NCBI GenBank assembly: GCA_965248435.1
Contig: OZ252100.1
Coordinates: 4,960,001 to 5,024,000, forward strand
Direction: 5' to 3'
Source of the DNA: Candidatus Latescibacterota bacterium
GTDB lineage: Bacteria; Latescibacterota; UBA2968; GCA-2709665
Length of the DNA stretch: 64,000 bases
A program made the translations under genes and the position numbers. The notes beneath the pieces are model-generated. The model made no database searches and was not told where the DNA came from. It was given only the letters and a program-made list of their open reading frames with translations. This document shows, one piece after another, positions 41,735 through 50,329 of this stretch; the first letter of the stretch is position 1, and every line of letters starts with the position of its first letter.

Positions 41735-42746
41735 ATTGTATCCGGTAGGAGCCAACTCCTGTTGGCGAACAAGAGAATCGCGATCCACCTTGCTGAGCCC
41801 CACGCCAAACGCGGTGCCAAGTCCCCTCCTGGTCGGGGTGGGTCACAATCGAGTTTCTGCTCATCAGACCCACCGCTAGATTGCCTCCACAGAGGGCGCT
41901 TAGTATTCGCACCAGAAGCTCTCCGGGGTGCCCCAAAGGGGCGGGGTGGGTCGAATCACGATTTGAGAAAAACATGCCTCCGGCGGCCCACTTTTCTTGC
42001 TCGCCCAAGAAAAGTGGGTCAAAAGAAAGGCGCCCCTCAGGCGCCGGGGAGGCTCCGGCCGCGGCACCTCACCCTCAGTGGCATAAACAGTCCACGGCAG
42101 GAAGGCCAAATCCTCACCACGCGCTCGCGATCACTGAGGAACCAACCCGCTGGGAGGAGAAATTCTCTCGTTGCATCGGAGTCGCACACCGCGGCCCTGA
42201 TGGTTTCGAGCGATCTTCTTTGTGAGATAGAAAGACGCCAGTCCCCTCCTTGGAGGGGTGCCCCGAAGGGGCGGGGTGGGTCGAATCACGATTTGAGAAA
42301 AACATGCCTCCGGCGGCCCACTTTTCTTGCTCGCCCAAGAAAAGTGGGTCAAAAGAAGGGCTCCCCTCAGTCGCCGCGGGGGCTTTGGCCGCGGCACCTC
42401 GCCCTCAGTGGCATAAACAGTCCACGGCAGGAGGGCCAAATCCTCACCACGCGCTCGCGATCACTGAGAAACCAACCGCTGGGAGGAGAAATGGTCTGGT
42501 TGCATCGGAGTCGCACACCGCGGCCCTGATGAATTGCAGCGATCTCTTTCGTGAGTTTGAGAGACGCCAGTCCCCTCCCAGGAGGGGTGCTCCGAAGGGG
42601 CGGGGTGGGTTTTACGAACGACGATCGACGGCCTTCCGACTTTCCCGATCCCCGGTACCCGTGTTCTGCTTTCCCGGTACCCGGTCTTTGCGAGCGACGA
42701 ACGACGGTTTTACGGTACCCGGTACCCGTGTTTTGGTTTCCCGGTC
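41735..42746 (+). repeat. Mosaic repeat cluster with two tandem variant-1 elements
   Basis: 41925-42200 repeated at 42255-42530. Confidence 0.9.
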
Positions 42747-42807
42747 ATGATACACAAAGAGTCAATGTGCTCGTAGGAAAATGTGTTAAGGTGACAAGCG
42801 AAAGCGT

Positions 42808-42837
42808 TTGACAGGGCCACCGATTCATTGGTAAGTT
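42808..42837 (+). promoter_or_regulatory. Sigma70-type promoter upstream of the transaldolase-family gene
   Basis: TTGACA, 18 bp spacer, TG-n-TAAGTT; the boxes are largely retained in the duplicate at 44033-44062. Confidence 0.55.
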
Positions 42838-42911
42838 GCAAAACGGCGGCGTCAGGAGGTTCGGTTGCCGTATTCGTATGTACGCAACCTGTTGACCAGG
42901 AGGAACTCGAA

Positions 42912-43664
42912 ATGGCAACGAAAAGCGCCTCGGCAGCCAGTTTGGGACGTGTGCCAGCCGCACGTAACGAGGGAAGGGGTCCCACGATCTGGCTCGCCGG
43001 CGATCCGGATGACTTGCGAGAATGGATGCCGATGGGCATCACGGGTATCGTGCTGAACACGGTGGTGCACAACGAGTACGCGCAGAATCACGGCTCAGCC
43101 ATGAAGGTTGTCGAAAAATACTTAGAGATGACGGATAAGCCGGTCGTTGTCGAGATCGATGGACATACTGTCGATGAGTTGAGGGCGGTGGGGAAGGTCT
43201 TTACCGATCTATCGGATCAGATCATCCTGAAGATTCCGTGCTCGGCCAATGGACTGAGGGCCTTCGCCATCCTGAAGGATGAAGGTGTCGAGACGTTCTG
43301 TACGACGGTCTTTTCGTTGACTCAGGCGGCGGCTGTCGCGCAGGCAGGGGTCGATCACATCCTGCCATTCTGTGACCCGGTCAAACAGGTCGGCGGTGAT
43401 CCAACGCAGCTCATTCGAGAATGCTCAGAGATGTTCAAGGGATGGGCGCATCGACCTTTCGTGATGGCGGCTCTGGTTCGGTCCGTGGAGACCGCTCACG
43501 CGGCGTTCCGAGATGGAGCGGACGAGCTCGTGACGATGTGGACGGTCTATCGAGATATGCTCGAGCATCCGCTGACGGATCAGTGGATGAAGATTTTCCT
43601 GGATTCGTGGAACGACATGCACGAGAAGGGGCTGCTCGAGGGGGTACCCGTCGAGCAGCATTAA
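42912..43664 (+). CDS. Transaldolase/fructose-6-phosphate aldolase family protein (divergent)
   Basis: ILKIP Schiff-base Lys, G.ETFCTTVFS..QA, MAALVRS, HPLTD. Confidence 0.75.
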   Translation: MATKSASAASLGRVPAARNEGRGPTIWLAGDPDDLREWMPMGITGIVLNTVVHNEYAQNHGSAMKVVEKYLEMTDKPVVVEIDGHTVDELRAVGKVFTDLSDQIILKIPCSANGLRAFAILKDEGVETFCTTVFSLTQAAAVAQAGVDHILPFCDPVKQVGGDPTQLIRECSEMFKGWAHRPFVMAALVRSVETAHAAFRDGADELVTMWTVYRDMLEHPLTDQWMKIFLDSWNDMHEKGLLEGVPVEQH

Positions 43665-43685
43665 TATCACACCGGTAGTAAATGA

Positions 43686-43721
43686 AAAACACTCCCGCGG
43701 GAATCCTGTGGGGGTGTTTTT
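43686..43721 (+). terminator. Rho-independent terminator
   Basis: AAAAACACTCCCGCGGG / CCTGTGGGGGTGTTTTT stem after the stop. Confidence 0.7.
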
Positions 43722-43878
43722 CGTTGTGTGTTGACGGTGGGTTTTGCGAACGACGAACGCCTGTCCCCAGCGAAGCCTGCACTGCCTGTACCGAGTAGGC
43801 CCGCAGGGCCGTATCGAGGCAAGCGAGCGGAGCGAGTCGAATGTGTCGAGGGGACGATCGACGAACGACGGCTTCTAA

Positions 43879-43962
43879 GATGCCGACGTCGGTGGAAAAG
43901 GGATCGGTAGATCCGGAGCCGTGTACGTCAAGTGTGTTTCTAATGATGGTGTCGAATATCAT
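43879..43962 (-). pseudogene. Remnant 5' end of an N-acyl-D-amino-acid deacylase gene
   Basis: MIFDTIIRNTLDVHGSGSTDPFSTDVGI versus MTFDTLIRNALVVDGTGAVEPFSADVGI starting at 41405. Confidence 0.8.
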
Positions 43963-43982
43963 AAAGGATGATTATACGCTAT

Positions 43983-44081
43983 AGAGTTAATGTGCTAGAA
44001 GGAAAATGTGTGAAGGAGACAAGCGAAAGCGTTTGACAGGACAGTCGATGTAGTGGTAGGTTGTTGAACGGCGGCGTCAGG
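43983..44081 (+). repeat. Diverged 99-bp direct repeat of 42758-42856, including the promoter
   Basis: Shared blocks AATGTGCT, AGGAAAATGTGT, GACAAGCGAAAGCGTTTGACAGG and AACGGCGGCGTCAGG, collinear. Confidence 0.85.
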
Positions 44082-44518
44082 GATCCTCGCTTAGATGGGG
44101 ATTCCGGAACGGTGGAGACCTTTAGGTATTCGGGGGGAGACCGCCGCATATGTGAAACTTCCCAATAAACCCAGATGTGTCCTGGACAACAGGATTACGT
44201 TCTGGGTTTTTGCTTTGGAAAAGACCGTTGATATTCGCTGGGAAAATAAATCTACCAAAGAAAGGATTATGGACCAGGTTTCGTTAAGTTTCATTTCGGA
44301 GAGGATTCTGCGAAGTTCGCAGACATGTTCGGCCAGGCCAATATCGCGAACTGGTTCGTGAATGCCGTAGTTAAGTGCAATGCCGGTGCCACAAGGGCGG
44401 CCCATCCCTGGACCGCCCCCCGGCTCAAGCGAACCGAAAGAATGGACGGCGTTCTATCGCAGGCTAGCAATGAGCTGGAAGAGAGGTACCCAGTCGATGG
44501 TAAAGGGAGGTAGGTTCG

Positions 44519-46366
44519 GTGGCCACCTGTAAGCATACCTATGAGGATGGCAAAACGTGCGGAAGGGCAGCCTCCAAAGTAGACCCGGATGGCTTCTGCC
44601 TCTTTCACTCCTCTGTAGCCGACAGGGACTGGACTCAGATCCTGGATGGCTTTCAGAAAGAAGTGAATGATAGGATGGGGCTACTGGACTTCCGCGGGTG
44701 GAAGTTGCCGAAGATCGTTTGCGATCACCTAGAGTCTACGCAGTTTACTCAGCCCGCAGACTTCTCAAATGCTGAGCTGGAGGGACCAGTCCTTTCCAAT
44801 CTAGAGTTCCGGGAAGGTGCGAAATTCGCGGGCACGAAGTTCCTTGGAGGTGTCACCTTTCACGGGGGAGGAGCAAGCAAGAATCCTGTGGAATTCGATG
44901 GTGCGGTAGCTGATGGCGAATTCGAGCTTTTGGACTTCAATGTCAACTCGCAATTAGTCTTCAAAGACTGCACATTCCAGAAGTTCAAACTGGTGTATGG
45001 CGAGGGGAAGGGAATAGGGCACAATGCTGTCTTTTCTGGTTGCAGGTTTGGGGATGAGGCTTTCATCCAACTCGTCAATAGACCTGAGATCTTGATTGGG
45101 CCTGGCTGCACCTTTGAAAAGGCTCCGTCCTTTCGCGGTTCTAGATTGGATGACCTGAAGGTGAAGAAGACTACTATCAGAGGAAGCCTTGATCTCTCTA
45201 CAGCGGGGAACATTCAGTGCGTGTCACTCATTGGGTGTACGATTTCCGGTGGCGTCAAAGCTCTGAGAAGGGTGCAAGGCCTGACAATTGAGAAGAGCAC
45301 AATAGGCGGTGGTCTTGAGTGTTCTCGCTCGCCATTCAACTCCCCCCTTCAGCTGAAGAACAGCGTCTTCAAGGATGAGGTGGATTTCTCCGACGCAGTC
45401 TCCTCCAATTCGACGCGAATTGAGGCCTGTGAATTTCAGGAAGTCGAGTTTTCTAGGTTCACCAGCATGAATAGTGCAGCCTTTACGATTTCCGGGTCCA
45501 CTTTTGAAGGAGCCCTGACGCTCTCACGCGGATCCCTTACCGGTGGGATTGAAGTGTCCGGAAGTCACTTCAATGATGGACTCAAGCTTGAACGAGTGCA
45601 ACTAGCGAACGAGGTCCGATTTGACAGCCTCGAATACACTGGGCCCTTCTGGATTCAAGACTGTGATCTATCAGGGGCAATCTTCCGGAATATGAATCTC
45701 TCTCACCCCTCCTTTCTCAACTCCAGGGGGATAGAAAAGGCGCTCTTCGATGGTGTGACCTGGCATCAAAGCGGAAACCGAACATCGAGATGGGAACGGC
45801 TTCTGAGCTGGTTCCGTGGTGATGGAGAATTACTGGAGGAAGCTGAGATACGGCGGAATCCCAAAATGAGCGCCAGAAATCGCGAGCAGATGTGTCTTCA
45901 GGCCGGGAGGATCTACAGTCAGCTGAAGAAGAACTACGAGGATTGTCGGGAGTTCAGAAGTGCTGGCTATTTCCACTACGGAGAGCTGGAGACTGCCCGT
46001 CTAGGGAAACGATGGCGCTTGGGCAGATTCTTCCTCTCCTGGGACGCCCTCTATTGGCTCCTGTCAGGCTACGGTGAAAGGATCTATCGTTCCGTCTTCC
46101 TCCTGTGCGCTCTATTGCTTGGTTTCGGGACCGCCTACTGGGCGATTGGTATCTGTACGCCAATGCTTGGGACTCGTCCGAGCTTAGGATTCTGGAGAGC
46201 TGTTGACGCTGTGCTCTTTGCCCTCACGGTTCCGCCTCTGAAACCCTTCAAAGACTACGAGGTTATTTCCGCAACGGGACACTACATCCGGTTGCTGAAC
46301 ACTCTCTTGGTTCCGATCGTCATCGCCTTTGCGGTGTTGGCAGTTAGGCGCCGATTCAAGAGATAG
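44519..46366 (+). CDS. Pentapeptide-repeat protein with C-terminal membrane (ion-channel-like) segment
   Basis: N-terminal C..C...FCLFH motif, F-x4 periodic repeats, YWLLSGYGER followed by TM helices. Confidence 0.75.
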   Translation: MATCKHTYEDGKTCGRAASKVDPDGFCLFHSSVADRDWTQILDGFQKEVNDRMGLLDFRGWKLPKIVCDHLESTQFTQPADFSNAELEGPVLSNLEFREGAKFAGTKFLGGVTFHGGGASKNPVEFDGAVADGEFELLDFNVNSQLVFKDCTFQKFKLVYGEGKGIGHNAVFSGCRFGDEAFIQLVNRPEILIGPGCTFEKAPSFRGSRLDDLKVKKTTIRGSLDLSTAGNIQCVSLIGCTISGGVKALRRVQGLTIEKSTIGGGLECSRSPFNSPLQLKNSVFKDEVDFSDAVSSNSTRIEACEFQEVEFSRFTSMNSAAFTISGSTFEGALTLSRGSLTGGIEVSGSHFNDGLKLERVQLANEVRFDSLEYTGPFWIQDCDLSGAIFRNMNLSHPSFLNSRGIEKALFDGVTWHQSGNRTSRWERLLSWFRGDGELLEEAEIRRNPKMSARNREQMCLQAGRIYSQLKKNYEDCREFRSAGYFHYGELETARLGKRWRLGRFFLSWDALYWLLSGYGERIYRSVFLLCALLLGFGTAYWAIGICTPMLGTRPSLGFWRAVDAVLFALTVPPLKPFKDYEVISATGHYIRLLNTLLVPIVIAFAVLAVRRRFKR

Positions 46367-46873
46367 ACTCCGACGTGGAGATAGAAGACTTTGGGGCCTT
46401 TCCCCCCAAGTTGGAGATAGTTCCTTCCGACAAGAAAGCAGGGACGAGATCAAGAGGGTTCCCTGTGCAGCGGCCTCTCCTTGCCCTGGTCACATCCATA
46501 GAGAGAAGTGCGTTTGCCTTCCCTGGCAAACGCACTTGCACCGGCACAACACTTAACAGCAGCACTTGCGGCTCAGGCCTACCGGCCCTCGTCCTAACTT
46601 GCCTTCGGCAAGTTCGCAAGTGCGCGGACCGTTACACGCAAGCGGCGCAAGAACTCAACCGCCCCACCCCGGCAAATCGTGCACAAAGGCAAAAACCACC
46701 TCGTCAAAGGTGAATACCGGTATATCGAGCTTCTTCGATTCTTGCTGGAGTGATGCTGGATTTACTTCACCCCGACTGAGATATCCCGCATCTTCCCGCA
46801 GAATCACAAGTTGTAGGCAGCGGTGGCTCAACAGACGTAGAGCTACAGTTGCCAAACTTAATAGGAGGCAGCC

Positions 46874-47245
46874 ATGGCAGACAAAAAGGTAATCTTCGTT
46901 GCATTCGCTATTGAGGACGAGCGACAGAGGGACTTTCTAAAAGGTCAGTCCTTGAATACGAATTCCCCATTCGAATACATCGATATGTCCGTGAAGGAAC
47001 CGTACGATTCTGATTGGAAGGAGCGTGTCCGCACTCGGATTCGTCGCTCGGACGGTGTGATCGCGCTAGTAAGCAAGAATTCTCTCGCTTCGAGCGGTCA
47101 AAAGTGGGAACTCACATGTGCCAGAGAAGAAAAGAAAAAGATCCTCGGCATCTGGGCCTACAAAGACGACCGGACAAACCTCCCCGGCGTAAGAACTGTG
47201 GTCTGGACGTGGAAAGCTATCGAGAACTTCATCGATAGTCTTTAG
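46874..47245 (+). CDS. Short TIR-domain protein (ThsB/MTH538-like)
   Basis: IFVAF...[19 protein letters not shown] catalytic Glu; RBS AGGAGG. Confidence 0.85.
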   Translation: MADKKVIFVAFAIEDERQRDFLKGQSLNTNSPFEYIDMSVKEPYDSDWKERVRTRIRRSDGVIALVSKNSLASSGQKWELTCAREEKKKILGIWAYKDDRTNLPGVRTVVWTWKAIENFIDSL

Positions 47246-47267
47246 CCCACTCGTATGGAGGTGCTCC

Positions 47268-48242
47268 ATGAGAATCGCACTGATTGTTGGCATCAATTAC
47301 TACGATCATGGTAATGTACTATTCGGTTGCGTTGATGATGCACATGCTGTCAAAGCGACGTTGGAGCGACACGATGGTGGCGCTGTGAATTTCGATTGTC
47401 ACCTACTTACTGGCACTAGTCAAAGTGATCGAGTAGATCGTAACGAGCTAAAGGATCGGATTGAGGAGCTTTTCAGAGCCGATGCAGAAATTGCCTTGTT
47501 GTACTTTGCAGGGCACGGCCATATTGAAGCGTCTGGCGGCTACCTCCTTACAACAGACTCTAGCCGTGGTGATGAGGGCGTCTCTCTTTCGGAAATTCTG
47601 ACTCTTGCGAATGCTTCACCAGCAAGAAATAAAGTCGTCGTATTGGACAGTTGTCACTCAGGGATAGCGGGTACGCCGCCAACCGGCGATCAATTGGCCA
47701 CTTTGTCAGAGGGCCTCACTGTTTTAACCGCATCTACAAAGGATCAGTATGCAACGGAAGAAAACGGACGTGGCGTATTTACCTCTCTGTTCGTGGATGC
47801 ATTAAGTGGAGGCGCAGCCAACCTTACCGGCGACATTACTCCAGGAAGCGTATACGCGCATATAGATCAATCATTGGGCGCGTGGGAGCAGCGACCGGTA
47901 TTTAAGACCAATGTCAAACAGTTCGTTTCGTTGCGAAAGTCATCCCCTCCGATAGAAGTTTCAGATTTGCGCCGATTGGCAGAGTTGTTTCCTACCCCTG
48001 GTTTTGACTATGGTCTTGATCCCACCTATGAACCCGAAATGAAAGGACGAGACTCAGGAATGCCGCCACCAGACCCTGATAACACGCGCATCTTTGCAGT
48101 ATTGCAGCGCTACAACCGTTTAAGCCTTCTTGTCCCAGTCGACGCTCCACACATGTGGAACGCTGCCATGGAGAGCAAGTCTTGCAGACTTACGGCACTC
48201 GGAGAGCACTATAGAAGATTGGTAGAGAAGAACCGAATATAG
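47268..48242 (+). CDS. Caspase-like protease (peptidase C14) with C-terminal extension
   Basis: [21 protein letters not shown] and LDSCHSG His-Cys dyad, GVFT. Confidence 0.92.
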   Translation: MRIALIVGINYYDHGNVLFGCVDDAHAVKATLERHDGGAVNFDCHLLTGTSQSDRVDRNELKDRIEELFRADAEIALLYFAGHGHIEASGGYLLTTDSSRGDEGVSLSEILTLANASPARNKVVVLDSCHSGIAGTPPTGDQLATLSEGLTVLTASTKDQYATEENGRGVFTSLFVDALSGGAANLTGDITPGSVYAHIDQSLGAWEQRPVFKTNVKQFVSLRKSSPPIEVSDLRRLAELFPTPGFDYGLDPTYEPEMKGRDSGMPPPDPDNTRIFAVLQRYNRLSLLVPVDAPHMWNAAMESKSCRLTALGEHYRRLVEKNRI

Positions 48243-48265
48243 GAGAAGCTGCCTCCCAACGATCC

Positions 48266-48541
48266 TTGGCCTTCCAAGAGGAGAAGGAGTGGCGTCTTGT
48301 TGCACTTCCGAGACAATCACGAAAACAAACAATTCAATTCAGGGATACCGAGAAGGGCCTCGTGCCGTATGTCTGTATACCTTTATGCAAGGAAAATGAT
48401 CTGATCCCTATAAACCGTGTTTATGTTGGTCCGACTCACTCCCCTGAGATGAGGGTAACGGCAGCCATGTCTTTTCTAGACTCCCAGGGATACGACGGAG
48501 ATAGAGTAGTCTGTGATTCAGACATCCCATTTATGGGATAA
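48266..48541 (+). pseudogene. C-terminal fragment of a DUF2971-like protein
   Basis: F.EEKEWRL, LVPY..I, I..VYVGP and S.IPF pattern with no N-terminus. Confidence 0.5.
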
Positions 48542-48673
48542 AGCCTTCAACGATCGCATTGGCCACGCTGCTGGAAAGATACCAAAGCGAGCGCAATGCC
48601 TGCGGACTAACTCCGGCTCGAATTACTCTCAAGATCAAACAGGAGATGTCAACATGCTGAAAGAGGTGGCTGT

Positions 48674-49588
48674 GTGAGCGACATCAAGCTATTCAACATA
48701 GCGGGTGGTGAGGCCGTCGAGCTAAGTGGCAGTTCCGTTCTATTGGAGCGTTCGCTTCAGTCTCTGATCGAGCAGAATCTGGAATCGCTTATCGGCGTCC
48801 GCTTGCTGGAATCCGAGTACTCAACAGGGAAGACCCACGGCGGACGCATCGATACGCTTGGTATCGACGAAAACAGCTATCCAGTTATCATTGAGTACAA
48901 GCGGTCGCAGAGCGAAAACGTAATCAATCAGGGTCTGTTTTATCTGGACTGGCTGCTGGATCATCAGGCAGAGTTTCAACTCCTTGTGAGGAAACGTATC
49001 GGGCAGAAGGAATCCGAGCAGATCGAGTGGGCAAGTCCCCGATTGCTCTGTATCGCCTCGAACTTCACAAAGTACGACGAGCACGCTGTACAACAGATCA
49101 CCCGTAACATCGAACTCATCCGGTACCGGCAGTTCGTCGATGACCTGTTGCTACTTGAGCTTGTGAATGCGACAACCGCTGGCGAACAAACCGTAGAAAA
49201 GTCCACCAAGGGGACAATATCGAAACAGAACTATAAGACTGTAACCGAGTCCGTCGAGGATCTTGTCCCTGAGCTGCGTGCGATCTACGAGGATGCAAGA
49301 ACTTTCATACTCTCCCTCGGAGACGACGTACAAGAGAAGACTCTGAAGTATTATGTCGCCTTCCGACGGTTAAAGAATTTCGTCTGTGTCGAAGCACACC
49401 CCATAGCCGGCTATCTGAAACTATATCTAAAACTGGATCCGTCAGAAGTGGATTTGGTCGAGGGGTTCACGAGGGATGTTCGAGAAATCGGCCACCTAGG
49501 TACTGGTGACCTAGAGGTAGTTATCCGTACAAGGTCTGAACTTCAGCGCACTAAGGCTATGCTGCAGCAGAGCTATGAGGCGAATTGA
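48674..49588 (+). CDS. NucS-like PD-(D/E)XK nuclease fused to DUF5655
   Basis: LE..LQ, GRIDTLGID...PVIIEYKR, QGLFYLDW; C-terminal KYYVAF...RDV..IGH.GTGDLEV. Confidence 0.8.
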   Translation: MSDIKLFNIAGGEAVELSGSSVLLERSLQSLIEQNLESLIGVRLLESEYSTGKTHGGRIDTLGIDENSYPVIIEYKRSQSENVINQGLFYLDWLLDHQAEFQLLVRKRIGQKESEQIEWASPRLLCIASNFTKYDEHAVQQITRNIELIRYRQFVDDLLLLELVNATTAGEQTVEKSTKGTISKQNYKTVTESVEDLVPELRAIYEDARTFILSLGDDVQEKTLKYYVAFRRLKNFVCVEAHPIAGYLKLYLKLDPSEVDLVEGFTRDVREIGHLGTGDLEVVIRTRSELQRTKAMLQQSYEAN

Positions 49589-49710
49589 GGCACTACGCGG
49601 ATCTCCGATAATAGTTTCGGGTCTCCAAAAGGCTGGAATCCCAGTCAACGTTCGGGGTGAGCGAACTGGTTTGGGACCTCGCTGTACGCCTGGCAAGTAG
49701 GGGGATAGAG

Positions 49711-50196
49711 ATGAAGATAAAGCTGAAATTTTGGATTTTCCGGAATTGCTGGTGGTTGCTAACACTTGTGTTCTCCAGCATCCTTACGGCAATGCTCCTC
49801 CTCGGGACGGGCGTCGACTTTAGGCTAGTGGCAACTCTCCTCGGCACGCTGCTTTCCCTGCTTTACTTCTTGCAGAAGCAGGGCTTGGAGGAGGTGAGGC
49901 TATTTCGTGAGATATTCGCAGAATGCAATTGCAGGTACAACACGATGAACGAACGACTGAATGCCATTGTTGATGCTCCCGACAACCAGCCACTGCAATC
50001 GGAAGAGATCGCGATTCTCTATGACTACTTCAATCTCTGCGGCGAGGAGTACCTATACTACCGTCAGGGACACATCTTGCCGTCGGTCTGGAAAGCCTGG
50101 CACAACGGTATGAAATATCTTATTGGGAATCCAAAGGTCGCCGCCGTCTGGGCAGAGGAGAGGACGTCTGATTCTTACTATGGCCTGCCCCTGTAG
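49711..50196 (+). CDS. Hypothetical two-TM protein (DUF4760-like)
   Basis: Two N-terminal TM helices followed by YFNLC.EEY.Y...G.I...VW..W. Confidence 0.55.
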   Translation: MKIKLKFWIFRNCWWLLTLVFSSILTAMLLLGTGVDFRLVATLLGTLLSLLYFLQKQGLEEVRLFREIFAECNCRYNTMNERLNAIVDAPDNQPLQSEEIAILYDYFNLCGEEYLYYRQGHILPSVWKAWHNGMKYLIGNPKVAAVWAEERTSDSYYGLPL

Positions 50197-50329
50197 TTCG
50201 AGCTAGCCGTCTGTATATCACGGAGGAGGAGCTCACAAAAGAAGCACCATCGATCACCCAACAGGTCATTCATGACCTCAAGCTTACTAGGCCAGTCCAC
50301 TTCGATCCAGTGGGGCGAATGCGAATCCA

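Noticed and set aside
41925-42530. CRISPR-like reading of constant flanks around variable inserts
   Set aside because: No regular 25-45 bp repeat/spacer period, inserts recur across the window, and no cas genes
2294-43664. Integron cassette array (single genes separated by palindromes)
   Set aside because: Genes lie in both orientations and include housekeeping functions; no consistent attC RYYYAAC/GTTRRRY ends and no intI
44091-44513. Short ORFs at the island's left edge
   Set aside because: No recognisable motif or RBS; possibly a gene remnant but unsupported
46375-46870. Possible second TIR or sensor gene upstream of the short TIR
   Set aside because: Only short overlapping ORFs without TIR features
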